From NCBI GenBank assembly GCA_038087875.1, contig CM075988.1:7876001-7940000 (forward strand): DNA of 64,000 nucleotides. Direction: 5' to 3'. The stretch is from Malacoraja senta. Its lineage: Eukaryota. Under the pieces are notes generated by a model. It was not told the DNA's origin, made no database searches, and was given only the letters and a program-made list of their open reading frames with translations. The translations under genes were made by a program, and so were the position numbers. This document shows positions 12,290-25,084 of the stretch, piece by piece (position 1 is the stretch's first letter; the number at the start of each line of letters is the position of its first letter).

Positions 12290-13440
12290 ATAGTATAAGT
12301 TTGGGGGTACATATTAATTATGACACAGCATACCTTATTATGTTGCACTCTGGCTAAAAGTAATTTTCTCTTTATAAAAATTAATTAAATTACGTGCAGA
12401 TTTAGAACATCTGAGTGTGTGCACGCATGCAGGTGTGTTGCTTCTGTGGTAAAGTTTTGTACGCAGGTGTGCTGTGGGATAGGGCGGCTCATAACATTGG
12501 AATTTAGTCAAATTCAGTAACTAACTGAACAAAGATGATTTTATTTGCTTTGAACTTTGCAACTGCCTGAACCATGGGTTTCACACAAGCCCGAACGTTA
12601 TTTTGCAAAGTTACCCACCACAGTCAGTACCTTTTTTTCCCCAGGATGGGAAAATCAAATACTCGAGGGCAAATAGCTTTTAGGTGAGAGGGGCAAGAAT
12701 GAAAGATGTACGTGACATGTTTTTGATACAGAGGGTGGCGAGTGGCTGGAACACACTGCAAGGCGATGGATGGTGGTTGAAGCAAATAGATTAGTGGCAT
12801 TTGAAAGACTTTTGGTTAGGCATTTGTATATGCAGGGATTATGTGCAGGTTGATGTGATGGTCTTGGCATTATGTTCAGCACAGCCATTGTAGGCTGAAG
12901 GACCTGTTCTAGTGCTGTGTTGCTCTATGGTATATGTTCTACCATGCATGAACCTCTACTATTAGTAGTGGAATATTAGTATCTGTAGAATATATTATTA
13001 GTATATTCACTACTGATGAATATCGTCCATTCCTTGAAAACTGGCCGTTATTCTTCTACGAATCTATGTGCACCAGTCCTTTCTTCCGAAATCCAAAAGT
13101 AAGATCTCACTGGCCAACACAGGGTACAATGGATGACACAATCAGTACAAATGTGTTACGTATTAACAATACAACTATATATAAAAGTTCATAAGTTATA
13201 GCAGCAGAATTAGGCCATTCGGCCCATCAAGTCTACTCTGCCATTCAATCATCGCTGATCTTTCCTTCCCTCTCAGTCCCAATAACAAATGCAAGTTAAG
13301 AAGTACACAAAGAAGAGACTGTTGAGCAATAAACATTTATTCCATTATCTTTACATCTAGGTCAGGCGTGATGCAGTATTGATTATTAGCTGGAAGGAAT
13401 CAATCAGGCCCGTTTTCCTTGGCCCAGCAGATCAGGACAA

Positions 13441-14071
13441 TCAGTTGGTCAGCAGCGTTGGATCGGATTCTTTTATTTTCTCTGGCACAGTGTTCAGGAA
13501 CAACTTGCTACCGACCTCCTGGCATTCCAGAGGGTCAGCCACCACATCCACCACACGGTACTGACTGGCACTGGAGAAGGGATTGAAGGAATGGCTCTTC
13601 CAATGTTTCCTGAAGAGGGTTGGTGACTTGCCAAGGTTCAATGTCTTCAGATCTTTCCTGCATTGATTTCCACTGGCACCGACACTGTGGGGATGATAAT
13701 TGGATTTACCATCACGGAGTTTGTCTTCTGCCGAGAATATTGTATAGTCAGGCACTCCTCCCTTACTCTCTTTAAAGTTCTGGTCTATTGCGGGCGTGCC
13801 TCGTGGTTCATTGTTCACTGCTGGGCAAGGCTGGCTGTGATCCAGGTGCTTGTGCCAATTGATGAAATATTCCAAAGGGCACTGTGGGTATTTCACATTT
13901 TTCTCATTTTTCCGTTTTCTCCCGATGAAACGGGTCTCCCGTGAGTTATTTCCGCATGGTAACCCGTGCTGGTTGACTTCAGCTTTCGCCAAACTCTCGC
14001 TGACGGGCACCTGGTAGAGAACTAAGTTTCTGTCCCTCAACCTGTCCACGAGGTTCATGTAATCGTCAGGG
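13441..14071 (-). CDS. Putative terminal coding exon of an unidentified host gene (PDDYMNLVDRLRDRNLVLYQV...SDPTLLTN*)
   Basis: 210 open codons in non-repetitive DNA. Polypyrimidine tract plus CAG acceptor (TTGTTTCTCACAG) just above 14071, phase 2. Minus-strand AATAAA at about 13336-13341. Confidence 0.6.
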
Positions 14072-14124
14072 CTGTGAGAAACAAGGTAACAAGCAATCAG
14101 CACAAGCTTAGATCTATCTCTGCC

Positions 14125-14335
14125 TAAGAGGCCGGTTCTCTGGATACTTTCAAGAGAGAGCTAGATAGGGCTCTTAAAGACAGCAGAGTCAGGGGATATG
14201 GAGAGAAGGCAGGAACAGGATACTGATTGTGGATGATCAGCCATGATCACATTGAATGGCGGTGCTGGCTTGAAGGGCCGAATGGCCTACTCCTGCACCT
14301 ATTGTATATTGTCTATTGTCTATTGTCTATTGTCT
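14125..14335 (+). repeat. CR1 LINE 3' end with (CTATTGT)n tail
   Basis: FKRELDRALKD...GYGEKAGTGY* plus conserved 3' UTR. Nearly the same as 14665-14947. Confidence 0.85.
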
Positions 14336-14664
14336 ACCGATTTCACGTCCTCCTTTCTTGGTTACATGTCAATGATCTAATGAAGGTGAGTAGGTACTAT
14401 GGATGTTCAGCTGGTGCAGTTTTGTACTCAGGTGGACAGAGGTACCTGGTTCAGGTAGGATAGGTCATATTGTTTGTTTTTTACTTCAGTTTTAGTTTAG
14501 AGATACAGCGCGGAACAGGCCCTTCACCTTCCTAGTTGGTATCAGACCAATTAGTGGCACTCTTCCCCAAGTGGGGGCCATGAATTGGAGCTGTTTGAAG
14601 GCTGATCTGTGTAGGAAAGAACTGCAGATGCTGGTTTATACCAGAGATTGACACAAAATGCTGA

Positions 14665-14947
14665 AGATGAGGACGGAGATGAGGAAAAACTTTTTCACCC
14701 AGAGAGTTGTGAATCTGTGGAATTCTCTGCCTCAGAAGGCAGTAGAGGCCAATTCTCTGGATGCTTTCAAGAGGGAGTTAGATAGAGCTCTGAAAGATAG
14801 CGGAGTCAGGGGATATGGTGAGAAGGCAGGAACGGGGTACTGAATGTGGATGATTAGCCATGATCACGGTGAATGGCGGTGCTGGCTCGAAGGGCCGAAT
14901 GGCCTACTCCTGCACCTATTGTCTATTATCTATTGTCTATTGTCTAT
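14665..14947 (+). repeat. CR1 LINE 3' end with (CTATTGT)n tail, inserted in a Penelope-derived arm
   Basis: RTEMRKNFFTQRVVNLWNSLPQKAVEA...GTGY*. The Penelope arm (ACACAAAATGCTG...TAACTCA) resumes after the tail. Confidence 0.85.
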
Positions 14948-15261
14948 TGATAACTCAATGGGCCAGGTAGCATCTCTGGAGAAAACAAATAGGTGATGTT
15001 TCGGGTTGGAACCCATCTTCAGACTGAAAGTTGGGAGGAGTGGGGTGGAGTGGGGACTGGAGGTAACAAAAGGCCAGACCAGCACAGGGCTGGCAATAAA
15101 TATTCAAGGAAGGGTGAAGCCCATAATGGTCCATTGTTGGCTGGGGAAGAGGTGATTACGAAGGGAAACATGGATGTGAACAGTGGAACTGGTAGGACGA
15201 CTAGGTTCTAGGTTGGGGGGGGGGGGGGGTGAAGAGGGCCTGCAGGGGCTACTTGAAATGA

Positions 15262-18200
15262 CCCACAAATATTGAATGAAAGATCATGTCAGGAATATCT
15301 TATTAAACAGATGCAAACATTCTTCGAGGCAAATGACAACCCTGACACATCTGTCTCTCTTATTTGGGAGACATTTAAAGCGTTTGTCCGAGGCGCATTA
15401 ATTTCTGCCCAAGTATTTTATAACAAAGAGAACCGGATTAAACAACAAACACTGGAAAGGGAAATAAAGCAACTAGATATAGAAAATGCGAGAATGCCAT
15501 CTAAGTTAAAACATAACAAAATTGCTGTACTGAAATATAAACTAAACAAAATGTATTCAGAACAAGTAATAAAACTTTATCAACATACTAAACAATTACA
15601 TTTTGAGTTTGGAGACAAACCACAAAAACTATTAGCACGTCAGCTACAAAAAATGGAGGGGGAGAAAATAATTCATAAAATTAGAGCAGATACAGGAGAA
15701 TTATTAAAATTACCCAAGGATATAAACGAGAGATTTCTCCAATACTATCATAATCTTTACTCAACTAAAACTGTAGTACAACCAGAAGGAATAGCAGATT
15801 TTTTACAAAAATGTAATTTAAAAGGTTTAGATTCAAAAGATAGAGGATTATTAGAAGCGGAGATTACGATAAAAGATATTGAAGAGTCTATTGGATCTTT
15901 AAAAAATGGTAAAGCAGTAGGACCAGATGGTTTAGGCTCGGAATTCTATAAAAAAAATTATGATTTGCTTTCTCCACGTTTACAAAAGCTGTATGAACAT
16001 ATTTATACTCAACAGAAACTTCCAGATACCTTAAATGAATCTATAATAACACTTATTCCTAAAGCTGATAAGGATCCGGAAGATCCAGGATCATATAGAG
16101 CAATTGCACTTTTAAATACAGATCAGAAAATACTAACAAAAATGTTAGCGCACAGATTAAGTACAGTGATGAATAAACTAATACACCCTGACCAAACAGG
16201 TTTTATTCAGAAGCGGTATTCATATTACAATCTAAGAAGATTATTTAATATAATATATTCAAAGAGAAATATTAATGAAGATTTAGCAATAATCTCACTC
16301 GATGCTGAAAAAGCTTTTGATCAGGTGGAATGGCCCTATTTATTTTCGGTGATGGAAAAATTGCAGCTGGGCGAGAAATTTTGTGCATGGATAAAACTGT
16401 TATATACAAACCCTACGGCTAGAATATTAACAAACCAACGGTTATCATCTAAATTTAACCTATCTAGAGGGTGTAGACAAGGATGCCCGTTGTCTCCATT
16501 ATTATTTGCGCATGTTATAGAGCCACTCGCAGAAAGAGTCAGGACCCATCCGGAAATATATGGGTATAACACAAAGGACACAGTGAATAAAATTTCTTTA
16601 TACGCAGATGATGTATTAATTTACATTACAAAACCAGAAATTAGTATTCCAAATTTATTAAAGCTAATAACCCAATTTGGTTCACTCTCAGGATACAGAA
16701 TAAATTGGAATAAAAGTGAAATTATGCCAATAAGGGAACATAATAAACATATAATACAACAATTTCCATTTAAAATAGTAAATGAAAAATTTAAATACCT
16801 AGGCATTTATGTTACTAAGATATATACATCATTATTTAAAGCAAACTTTCCCCCATTACTGAATAAACTACATAAGAATATTCAGTATTGGAAAACACTT
16901 CCTATTTCAATGGTTGGCAAAATTAATGCCATAAAAATGATTTTCTTACCGCAAATATTATACCTTTTTCAAACAATTCCGATATATTTGTCAAAAACAT
17001 TTTTAAAAAGTTAGATTCCATTGTCAGTGACTTTATCTGGGATTATAAGAATCATAGGATAAGCAAAAAACATCTGTGCAAATCAAAAATAAATGGAGGT
17101 TTGGTTTTACCAAACGTTTTGTTTTATTTTTGGGCAGTTAACATTAAAAATATGAATTTTTGGTTGGAAGAAATAGATCAACAACCAGATTGGTTAAAAA
17201 TGGAAAAGGAAGATTGCTCACCTTTTGAAATCGGCTCGATACTATTTGCTACTTCTAAATTAAATTAAAAAAATTATAGGGAAAATCCTATAATATATAG
17301 TACTATGCGAATTTGGAAACAATTAAAAAAGACATTAAAACTAGATAATTTATCACTTTTTCTTCCAATTGCGAATAACCCTTTGTTTAAGCCCTCATGG
17401 TTGGACAAAGGTTTCACACAATGGAAAAACTATGGAATTAAAAAGATGGGACACCTTTATAAGGAAGGCACTTTTCTTTCATTTCAGGAGTTGCAACAGA
17501 TTTATGGACTTCAAGTAAATGATTTTTTCAGATATCTCCAACTTAGAGATTACGTAAAAGCAAATACTCGAAATTTTATAATTAGAAATTCAGAAATTTT
17601 TGACGACTGTTGGAATAAACATCCTAATACAGAAAAACTAATATCTTATATATATAATATTTTATTAGACAGCGATATCCCATTGACGGACTTACACAGA
17701 CAAACTTGGGAAAAAGAACTAAATCAAATAATAACGAAAGATACTTGGGAAGAAAGTTTACAACACATACATCAATGTTCATTAAATGCCAGACATTCTC
17801 TAATACAATTCAAAGTAATACATAGGTTACATTATTCTAAAACAAAATTAAATAAAATCTTCCCACATATCTCACCAATATGTGATAAATGTCAACATTT
17901 AGAAGCTAACTTATCTCATATGTTTGCAAATTGCATAAAAATTAAAAATTTCTGGGTAAATATTTTCACAATAATATCTAAAGTGACTAGCATTCAATTG
18001 GACCCGGATCCAAAATTGATAATACTTGGAACATTAGAACTAAATCAAACATTTACAACAACTCAAAGAAACTTTATTGATTATAGTATAATAACTGGGA
18101 AAAAAATAATTCTAAAATTTTGGAAAGGCCCTATAACCCCCACAATTAAAATGTGGATTATAGAAATGACGGAGACCTTACACTTGGAAAGAATTAGACT

Positions 18201-18712
18201 TGTCCTGTTGGACAAACAGGAACTATTCGTCGGAACATGGTCTCCCTTTATTGACTATTTAAAGGGTCAGAATGGTTCAGCACAGGAACCTGACTAACAC
18301 CCGTGCCAAGGAATAGATGAAAGGTTATACTCTGAAATGTACGAATATATCTCGAATGAAGTTTTTTATCGTAGTAAATTATTCCATTCTTCTTTATTAT
18401 CTTTTTTTTTTTTTTTTTGTTTTTTTGTTTTGTTTTGTTTTTTTTGTTTTTGTTTTTTGTTTTGTTTTAGGTTGGTTTTTTTGGGGGGTTTTTTCTTGTT
18501 TCTTCTCTTTTTTCTCTTTCTTTCTTTCTTTATTTCATCTATATCTTTTTAGTTCTATTTAGTTTTAAAAAAAAGAAAAAAGTATTGGAGACATTGTAAT
18601 AATAATGGACGATATTTGTAATTTAAAAATGTAAGACTGGTATCGATTTTAATATGATATGTATCTACCTCCAATAAAAAATATCTTAAAAAAAAAATTT
18701 TTTTTTTAAAAA
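15262..18712 (+). mobile_element. 5'-truncated L1/Tx1-like LINE (ORF2 RT and C-terminal Zn region, T-rich 3' UTR)
   Basis: ORF2 motifs GKAVGPDG, SYRAIALLNTDQK, LDAEKAFD, RQGCPLSP, YADD and CDKC...H...C. AATAAA at 18673. TSD GAAATGA at 15255-15261 and 18713-18719. Confidence 0.92.
15272..18297 (+). pseudogene. L1-like ORF2 (reverse transcriptase), frameshifted near 17005 with a further stop near 17266
   Basis: The 580-aa and 330-aa ORFs are consecutive parts of one ORF2. The endonuclease domain was lost by 5' truncation. Confidence 0.88.
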
Positions 18713-18747
18713 GAAATGAGAGAAATCAACATTCATATCATTGGGTT

Positions 18748-20677
18748 TGATTGATTATACCTTTAATAATCCTTTGCAGGAAATTACAATGCCACGACAG
18801 CTTCAAGACAGACATAACACCACAAATAGCTTCCATACTTAACAAGTTAAAATACAAGTTAAAATACAAGTTAAAATACAATTAATTAAAAAAAGTGGAG
18901 TTATTTATGCGCATTATATATATAACCTTATAGCAGCTGGTAAACAGGACTTCCTACGCCTCTCAGTTTTGCACATTGGTGCAATCAGTCTCTGACTGAA
19001 GATGCTGCTCTTGATCACCTTCAGGGCATGGAGTGGGTGAGTGGGGTTGGTCATTATAGAACCCAGTTTTTTCAGAGTTCTGGCCTCTGCCACCTGCTGG
19101 ACCGTTCGTTGCTCAGCCCCGACCACTGAGCCGGCCTTCCTGATCAGTTTGTCCAGTCTGTTTTTGTCCGCTATGCGAGCGCCATCTCCCCAACAGGCCA
19201 CCGCAAAAAACAGAGCACTGGCCACCACTGAATGGTAGACACTGCACAGTAGGGGTTGGCAGATGTTAAATGCCCTCAGCCTCCTTAAAAAATACAGTCG
19301 GCTTTGTCCCTTCCTGTACACCGCCTCCATATGACACTTCCAGTCCAGCTCACTGTCAAGCTGCACACCAAGGTACCTGTGGTTAGCGACCACCTCCACC
19401 TCAGTGCCCTTAATGGTGATTGGTGTTGCTTGAGTCCTCCTCCTCCCCCTCCTGAAGTCCACAACAATCTCCTTGGTTTTTGTGGTGTTAAGATGGAGGT
19501 TATTGAGTGCACTCCACTCCACAAAGTTACTTATTATGTCTCTATACTCCTCCTCATTGCCCCCTTTAATGAGGCCGACAACAGCTGTGTCATCCGAAAA
19601 TTTCTGCAAAAAGCAGCTGTTTAGAGATTAGAGATTAGAGATTAGAGATTCCTTTATTTGTCATTCAGACCTTTCGGTCTGAACGAAATTTCGTTGCCTG
19701 CAGTCATACATATAATAATAAATGACAAAACACACAATAAACACAAATTAACATCCACCACAGTGAGTTCACCAGGCACCTCCTCACTGTGATGGAGGCA
19801 AAAGTCTTAAAGTCTCTGTCTCTTCCCGCTTTGTTCTCCCTCTGCGCTGAGGCGATCCAGGCTTCTGATGCTGTGGCCCCGCCGGGCGACGGTAAGCCAG
19901 TCCCGCGGCCGAATCCGTGCTCCGTGACGGGCCGGCTCAAACTCCGCGGCCCGGGGTGGTCGAAGCTGCCGAAGCTGCCGCCCTCCAGTCCAGCGGACGC
20001 AGCTGTAGTTGTGGGAGCCCCAGAAAAACAGGTCACCAACCTGTGACCTGCGCGCTCCCGACGATGTCGTCCACTGGGCCCGCGGCCGAGCCTCCGGACT
20101 CAGGTCGCCACCAGTGTCCTCGGTCGCCACCGCCGGAACGCCACCGCAGCCCCGAATTTGGCCAGCCCCGCGCTGGTAAGTCCTGGCTCTGCCTCCGGAG
20201 CATCGTGGTCGGTCGGTCGCTCGCAGTTGGAGTTGGAGGCCGGCAGCTCGCAGTTGGATTTGGAGGCCGGCAGCTCCGCCATTTTGGCCTCAGCGCAGAC
20301 GGAGGCAGAGAAGGGGGATACGACAAGAAAAAGTCGCATTCCCCCGAAGGAAGAGACAAAAGTCATGTTTCACCCCCCCACCCCACAACCCCACACATAC
20401 ACAACCCAATAAACTAAAATTTAACTAAAACAGGACAAAAGAAAACAACAAAAAAAGTAAAAACAGACGGACTGCAGGCAAGCCGCTGCTGTATGACAGC
20501 GCCGCCACTTCCGGAAGTTGGTGTTATATCGGAGATCCGCTGTGTAGATGGTAAACAGGAATGGAGCCAGCACAGTTCCTTGTGGAGCCCCTGTGCTGCT
20601 CAAGATGGTGCTTGAGACATTGTTGTTCTGTAGGCGCACGTACTGTGGTCTGAGGGAAAGGTAATCCAAACACCACA
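18748..20677 (-). mobile_element. Rex1/Babar-type LINE fragment interrupted by a non-autonomous element
   Basis: WCLDYLSLRPQYVRL...GAPQGTVLAPFLFTIYTADLRYNTN joins SCFLQKFSDDTAVVG...AIRLYI across the insertion. (AATC)n tail at about 18748-18757. Confidence 0.88.
19622..20516 (-). mobile_element. About 0.9-kb GC/CpG-rich non-autonomous retroposon with a Rex1-like 3' stem-loop and (AATCTCT)n tail
   Basis: Begins TTCCGGAAGTGGCGGCG and ends TTCAGACCGAAAGGTCTGAATGACAAATAAAGG(AATCTCT)4. Cleanly splits the Rex RT frame, with a GTT duplication. Confidence 0.75.
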
Positions 20678-21271
20678 GTTGTGAGCTGCCCAAACAAGAT
20701 ATGATGTTCTGTTCCTCCAATTTGCGTGCGGTCTCAAACTGACAGTGGAAGAAGACCTGGACAGAAAGGTCCGTATGGGAATGTGCAGGGGATTGTTGGC
20801 GACTAGGAGATTGCGTAGGCCAAGGTGGACTGAGCGTAAGTGTTCAGCTAAACGACCGTCCAGTCTGATACACAAGAGCCCACATCGAGAACAACGGATG
20901 CAGTAGATGAAGGTGGAGGAGGTGCAAGTGAACCTCTGCCTCATCTGAAAGGACTGTCAAAGTCCCTGGATGGTCGAGGGGGGTGGTATAGGGACAGGTG
21001 TTGTATCACCTGCGGTTGCAGGGGAAAGTACCTGGGGAGGGGGCGGGAAGGGACGAGTTGACCAGGGAGGTGTGGAGGGAATGGTCTCTGCGGAAAGCAG
21101 AAAAGGGTGGAAATGGAAAGATACGACAAGTGGTGGAATCCCGCTGGAGGTGGCAAATATTTCAGAGGATGATGTGTTGTATGCGGCAGCTGATAGGTGA
21201 AAGGTAAGGACTTGGGGACTCTGTGCTGACTGATACTCCCAGTGCAGTACAATGCAGCTCTGGCACTCCAG

Positions 21272-22312
21272 TAGGTATGTTACAAAACTTACCTTCAGTC
21301 GCGCTGTAATTCTGCCACTGGCCGTGTGCGCGATTTTGGCGCCTTTAAGGGGGGGCGGGGTTAAAACGCGGTTTCTCCTCCCTTGTCCTGGAAATATTTT
21401 GTTGGAGTACAAACCTTCGCTGACAAAATCGTTCCTACCGCCGTTTTGTGAATTTTTTATTTTTATTAAATCGTCAATGTCAGCGCTACAGTCATTTTAA
21501 AAGCAGCTCCTGAAGCGTCAACGCCGATAACGGGGACGGATTTCACACAATGGACAGGTAAACGAAAGTGCTTTCTTTAAATGTATAAAAGTGCTTCTTA
21601 AGAAGCCTTTAATTCACATTTTGTCATGCGACACGGTGATTTTATTCCCCGAATTAACGGCAGTATTTTTCATGCCAATACGGGGTTAAATTCACCGCAA
21701 ATCAACGTTCCAAATGATCGCGTTCCAGCAAATCCTCACTCGCAAGATGAATTAAATCCCCATTAATTTACAGGTATTAAACATTCAATTCCTTCCATTT
21801 GGCCTGTAAATTCATGAAAATTAGATTTAAAAATTATGTTATATTGTGAATTATTGTGTGAATGTTATTTGGACACTTAGGCTATTTAAAAATGTTAATC
21901 TATTCTTAAGAAATTGATAGATGTTTAGATCTAGTAATTGAATTTTGTAATTAGCTACAATTAGGTAACTAACTAATTATATGCTTTACTTTCATGTCTT
22001 CGAAGTAAGATTGTTTCATATTTGTTTCAGAATGCTTCAATCTATAATACCTGAAAATTTCTTTCAGTTACCATAATTTTTAAGAAAGTTATGGGCTTTT
22101 AACTGTCCTCGATCACAGCTTTTGTGTTAAGTCAATGGAAAAGCAATAGGGAACTAGATGCTAATTTCTGAGTATGATAATGGCCATAACTTTTTTAATA
22201 CTGAAGATATGAAAGTGAATTAAGTGTCAAATTAAACTTCTTTTTATGCTTTATCTGATGGGATAAATTGCAGACTTTATTTTTAAAATCTCAAAATTTT
22301 GTAACATTGCTA
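21272..22312. mobile_element. Non-autonomous DNA transposon, 1041 bp, 16-bp imperfect TIRs, 7-bp TSD
   Basis: Left end TAGGTATGTTACAAAA. Right end reverse-complements to TAGCAATGTTACAAAA. ACTCCAG duplicated at 21265-21271 and 22313-22319. No transposase ORF. Confidence 0.8.
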
Positions 22313-22665
22313 ACTCCAGCACGCTGGTGCCGGGTTTGCAGTTCTTCCTTAGAGTTGAGTGTTATTCTAACCAACATACCTTCAATTCTCTTTTATCTTA
22401 AATTACACCACAGGACAATCATTTTTTTACTACAAGCAGTGAGTATACAGGAAGTAAGAGAAATGAGGTCCTCGTAGACATGATTAAAGGGAGTGTCAGT
22501 CTGGGGGACTTCATGAGGCTTATGGGAGCACAGGAAATAGGGGGCAGCTGAGTGTGAATATGGTGAGCCAGGTGAACCATTGAAGTTTCAGAATAATAGG
22601 AATGTGGATTATTAGAACATTACTATAATCCCACTGTATCTCTAAACTAAACTCAACTAACCTAA

Positions 22666-22901
22666 AGGGCCTGTCCCACTTTCACGACCTAATCACGACC
22701 TTTTTTACTCGTGGACATTTTTCATCAGGCTAGAAAAACGCCCCAACCTACTTGATGCCATGAGTACCTACGACTAGCATCACGACCTCCTTCGACTTAC
22801 CTGCGACCTCCTACGACCTCATGACGACCATGCTGAGAGTATGAGTCAAGAGCAAACTCGGCAGAGGTCGTGAATTAGGTCGTGAAAGTGGGACAGACCC
22901 T
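22666..22901. mobile_element. PIF/Harbinger-type MITE (236 bp)
   Basis: TIRs AGGGCCTGTCCCACTTTCACGACCTAAT / ATTAGGTCGTGAAAGTGGGACAGACCCT. TAA on both flanks. Internal ACGACCT repeats. Confidence 0.75.
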
Positions 22902-23110
22902 TAATACATAGATAAAGATGCAGTCATGAATGTAGCATTAAATTGGTAACTAGACAGAAGCTAATGCTTATCTAGTTACCAAACATGAGTGAAAGCAACC
23001 AGTTTTCCCACTGTTGTCATGTTGGTGTTTGAGAGAGCTAGCTGTGTGCAAAAAGCTATAACACTGTAAAGTTCTGTGGTATCTAAAAGCTACAGAGGAT
23101 ATGGAGAGTT

Positions 23111-23269
23111 TGTTGTGTATGAGATTATGATTAGCATAACTGAATGTCTTATGCAATTGTACGCATGCGCAGAGAGACTCAAGATGGCGATAACTAAACA
23201 ACAAGCATGTTAAATCCTGTGGTGTTCCGAGTCTTATTTTATGTCCGATTCCAGCGCAAATACATAACA
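23111..23269 (+). repeat. Gypsy 5' LTR
   Basis: Aligns without gaps to 34366-34524, with 11 substitutions counted by eye. Confidence 0.95.
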
Positions 23270-23272
23270 ATT

Positions 23273-23286
23273 TGGTGACGAGGATG
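23273..23286 (+). promoter_or_regulatory. Primer-binding site, probably tRNA-Ser(GCT)
   Basis: TGGTGACGAGGATG lies 3 nt after the LTR, one transition away from TGGCGACGAGGATG. Confidence 0.7.
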
Positions 23287-24045
23287 CCCTTGGTGGACTC
23301 CTTGTCTTAACTAGTCCAGACGCCTTACAGGAACAGTATTGCTGTCGATTTGAGGCTTTCTCAAGATCGAACATAAAGTTAAAGACGAGTATGTATTCGG
23401 CGCGCAAAAAGGTGGAACAGGAACGCACGATCGCCATGCAACAAGCAGTGCTATAGCGGGGCAGCGCAGCTCACAGAATAAGCCTAGCCAGCAGAGCATC
23501 AACTGTGTTTGCTTACCTTAAACGCTTTCCAGTGCCGTGCAGCCCACGGCCAAGTCAAGCAACCGAGAGCCAGCGCCGGTGATAACGCAAGGACACATCG
23601 GTAAGCGGTGCAGCCCGGGAAGCCAGCAAAGCCAGCCCGTGACGCCAGCCCGAGAGGTCACCGATGCACCGGAGTCCAGAGACAGTCAAGTCGGTCCGGT
23701 GAATTCATCGCAGCAAGAGCTGGACTTTACGAATTGAGTGTATTGATCAGTGATGAACAATAATTTAGAGGATATATGTGTGCACTGCATGTATATGGCT
23801 TGAAATATATTAGTATATTATTATATTAGTATATTATTAATACTAGTATATTGGTATAAATCGATTATTATATTAGTATATTATTATATTGATATATTAG
23901 TATAAATTGATTAGTATAAGAGAATTATTGGTAGTGAATTTACTTGATAATTGCTCAGTTATTTTGGTAAAGGAATTAAGTCCATTGCAGAGAACATTGT
24001 GTAAGAGGACGGCACGTTGTGTAACTCAGTAGCAACAGTGTAACC

Positions 24046-25084
24046 ATGGCCAATCTAATCGTTGGGAATATGCCCCAGTTAGAAACTGGTTATACTTTTG
24101 AGGAATGGACCGAAGTCTTAGAGGTTTGGTTCACTTCAAATGATATCACTACAGAAGAGAAGCAAAGAGCATTGTTCCTTACAGGTTTAGGAAGCAAGGG
24201 TTATCACACCTTAAGGGTGTTGCTGCAGCCAGCTAAGCCCGCTAGTAAAACGTACATGGAATGTAAGGAGGCTTTAATTGCTCATTTCTCGCCAAAACCA
24301 ACAGAAATAGTGCAAAGATACTGATTCTATACATGCACACAAGCAAATGAAACAATCCCTCAGTTCCTATCAAAGCTTCGGCAATTAAGTGATGGGTGTA
24401 ATTTTAAAGAACTGGAGAATATGCTAAGAGATAGATTGGTGGTAGGATGTGCAGACGTTAACATCCAGCAAAAACAGTTGGGTACACCAAAATTAACCTT
24501 TGAGAACGCAGTCAATATTGCGACAGCGATGGAGGTTACCAAGCAAGATGTAGAGCAGATCAAGAAGATCGGAAGCCTCAAGATGATTTTACCTCCGTCC
24601 ATCAGCATCAAAGGAAGGCGTCTGGACTAAAGAAGACAAGGAGTCCACCAAGGGCATCCAAACACAAGGTCCAATACTCCAAGAAGTGCTGGAGATGTGG
24701 CGGCAGCCATGAGCCAGCAACGTGTACATTTAGAGATGATAGGTGCTTCAGGTGCTCGGGAACGGGTCACACCAAATGCCAGTGTGATGCTGTTAGAGCT
24801 TACCAGCAGAGGAGGGGACAATCCCAGAAAAAAGCAAACCACTTGGAGGAGACTGATTCGAATTCATCAGAGGGAACCATGAGCCACTTGGAAGATGAAT
24901 CGATCAACAAGTTGACGAACTCTGAACCGTATGCAGCCACTTTGATAGTGAACGGCAGGGAGGTACAACTAGAAGTTGACACTGGAAGTCCATGGACTAA
25001 CGTACCGGGAGAAGTCTTCTGAAAACTCGGTCAGGACCCCAGACTAGATCCCTGTAGCCTCAAGCTGAAATCCTACATGGGCGA
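24046..25084 (+). pseudogene. Gypsy gag (two Cys/His knuckles) and protease N-terminus
   Basis: FEEWTEVLEVWF..., MLRDRLVVGC, CWRCGGSHEPATC...CFRCSGTGH and LEVDTGS, with several stops and frameshifts. Confidence 0.85.

Larger units (their letters stand above)
14950..21215 (-). mobile_element. Decayed Penelope-like element (GIY-YIG region), split by later L1 and Rex insertions
   Basis: Minus-strand QRFTCTSSTFIYCIRCSRCGLLCIRLDGRLAEHLRSVH (20600-20944 ORF). Segments 14950-15261, 18713-18747 and 20678-21215 read as contiguous once the insertions are removed. Confidence 0.7.

Noticed and set aside
12990..13104. Possible plus-strand exon ending at a GTAAGA donor
   Set aside because: Short, no convincing acceptor or partner exon, and two frames equally open; support is insufficient.
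18317..18562. Phe-rich membrane-like ORFs
   Set aside because: These are translations of the T-rich L1 3' UTR.
19704..20417. Many overlapping 80-170 aa ORFs
   Set aside because: Expected from high GC content in a repeat; no recognisable domain and no preferred frame.
23790..23930. AT-rich TATTAGTATAT repeats as a separate element
   Set aside because: This is a low-complexity expansion within the Gypsy 5' leader, with no termini or TSD of its own.
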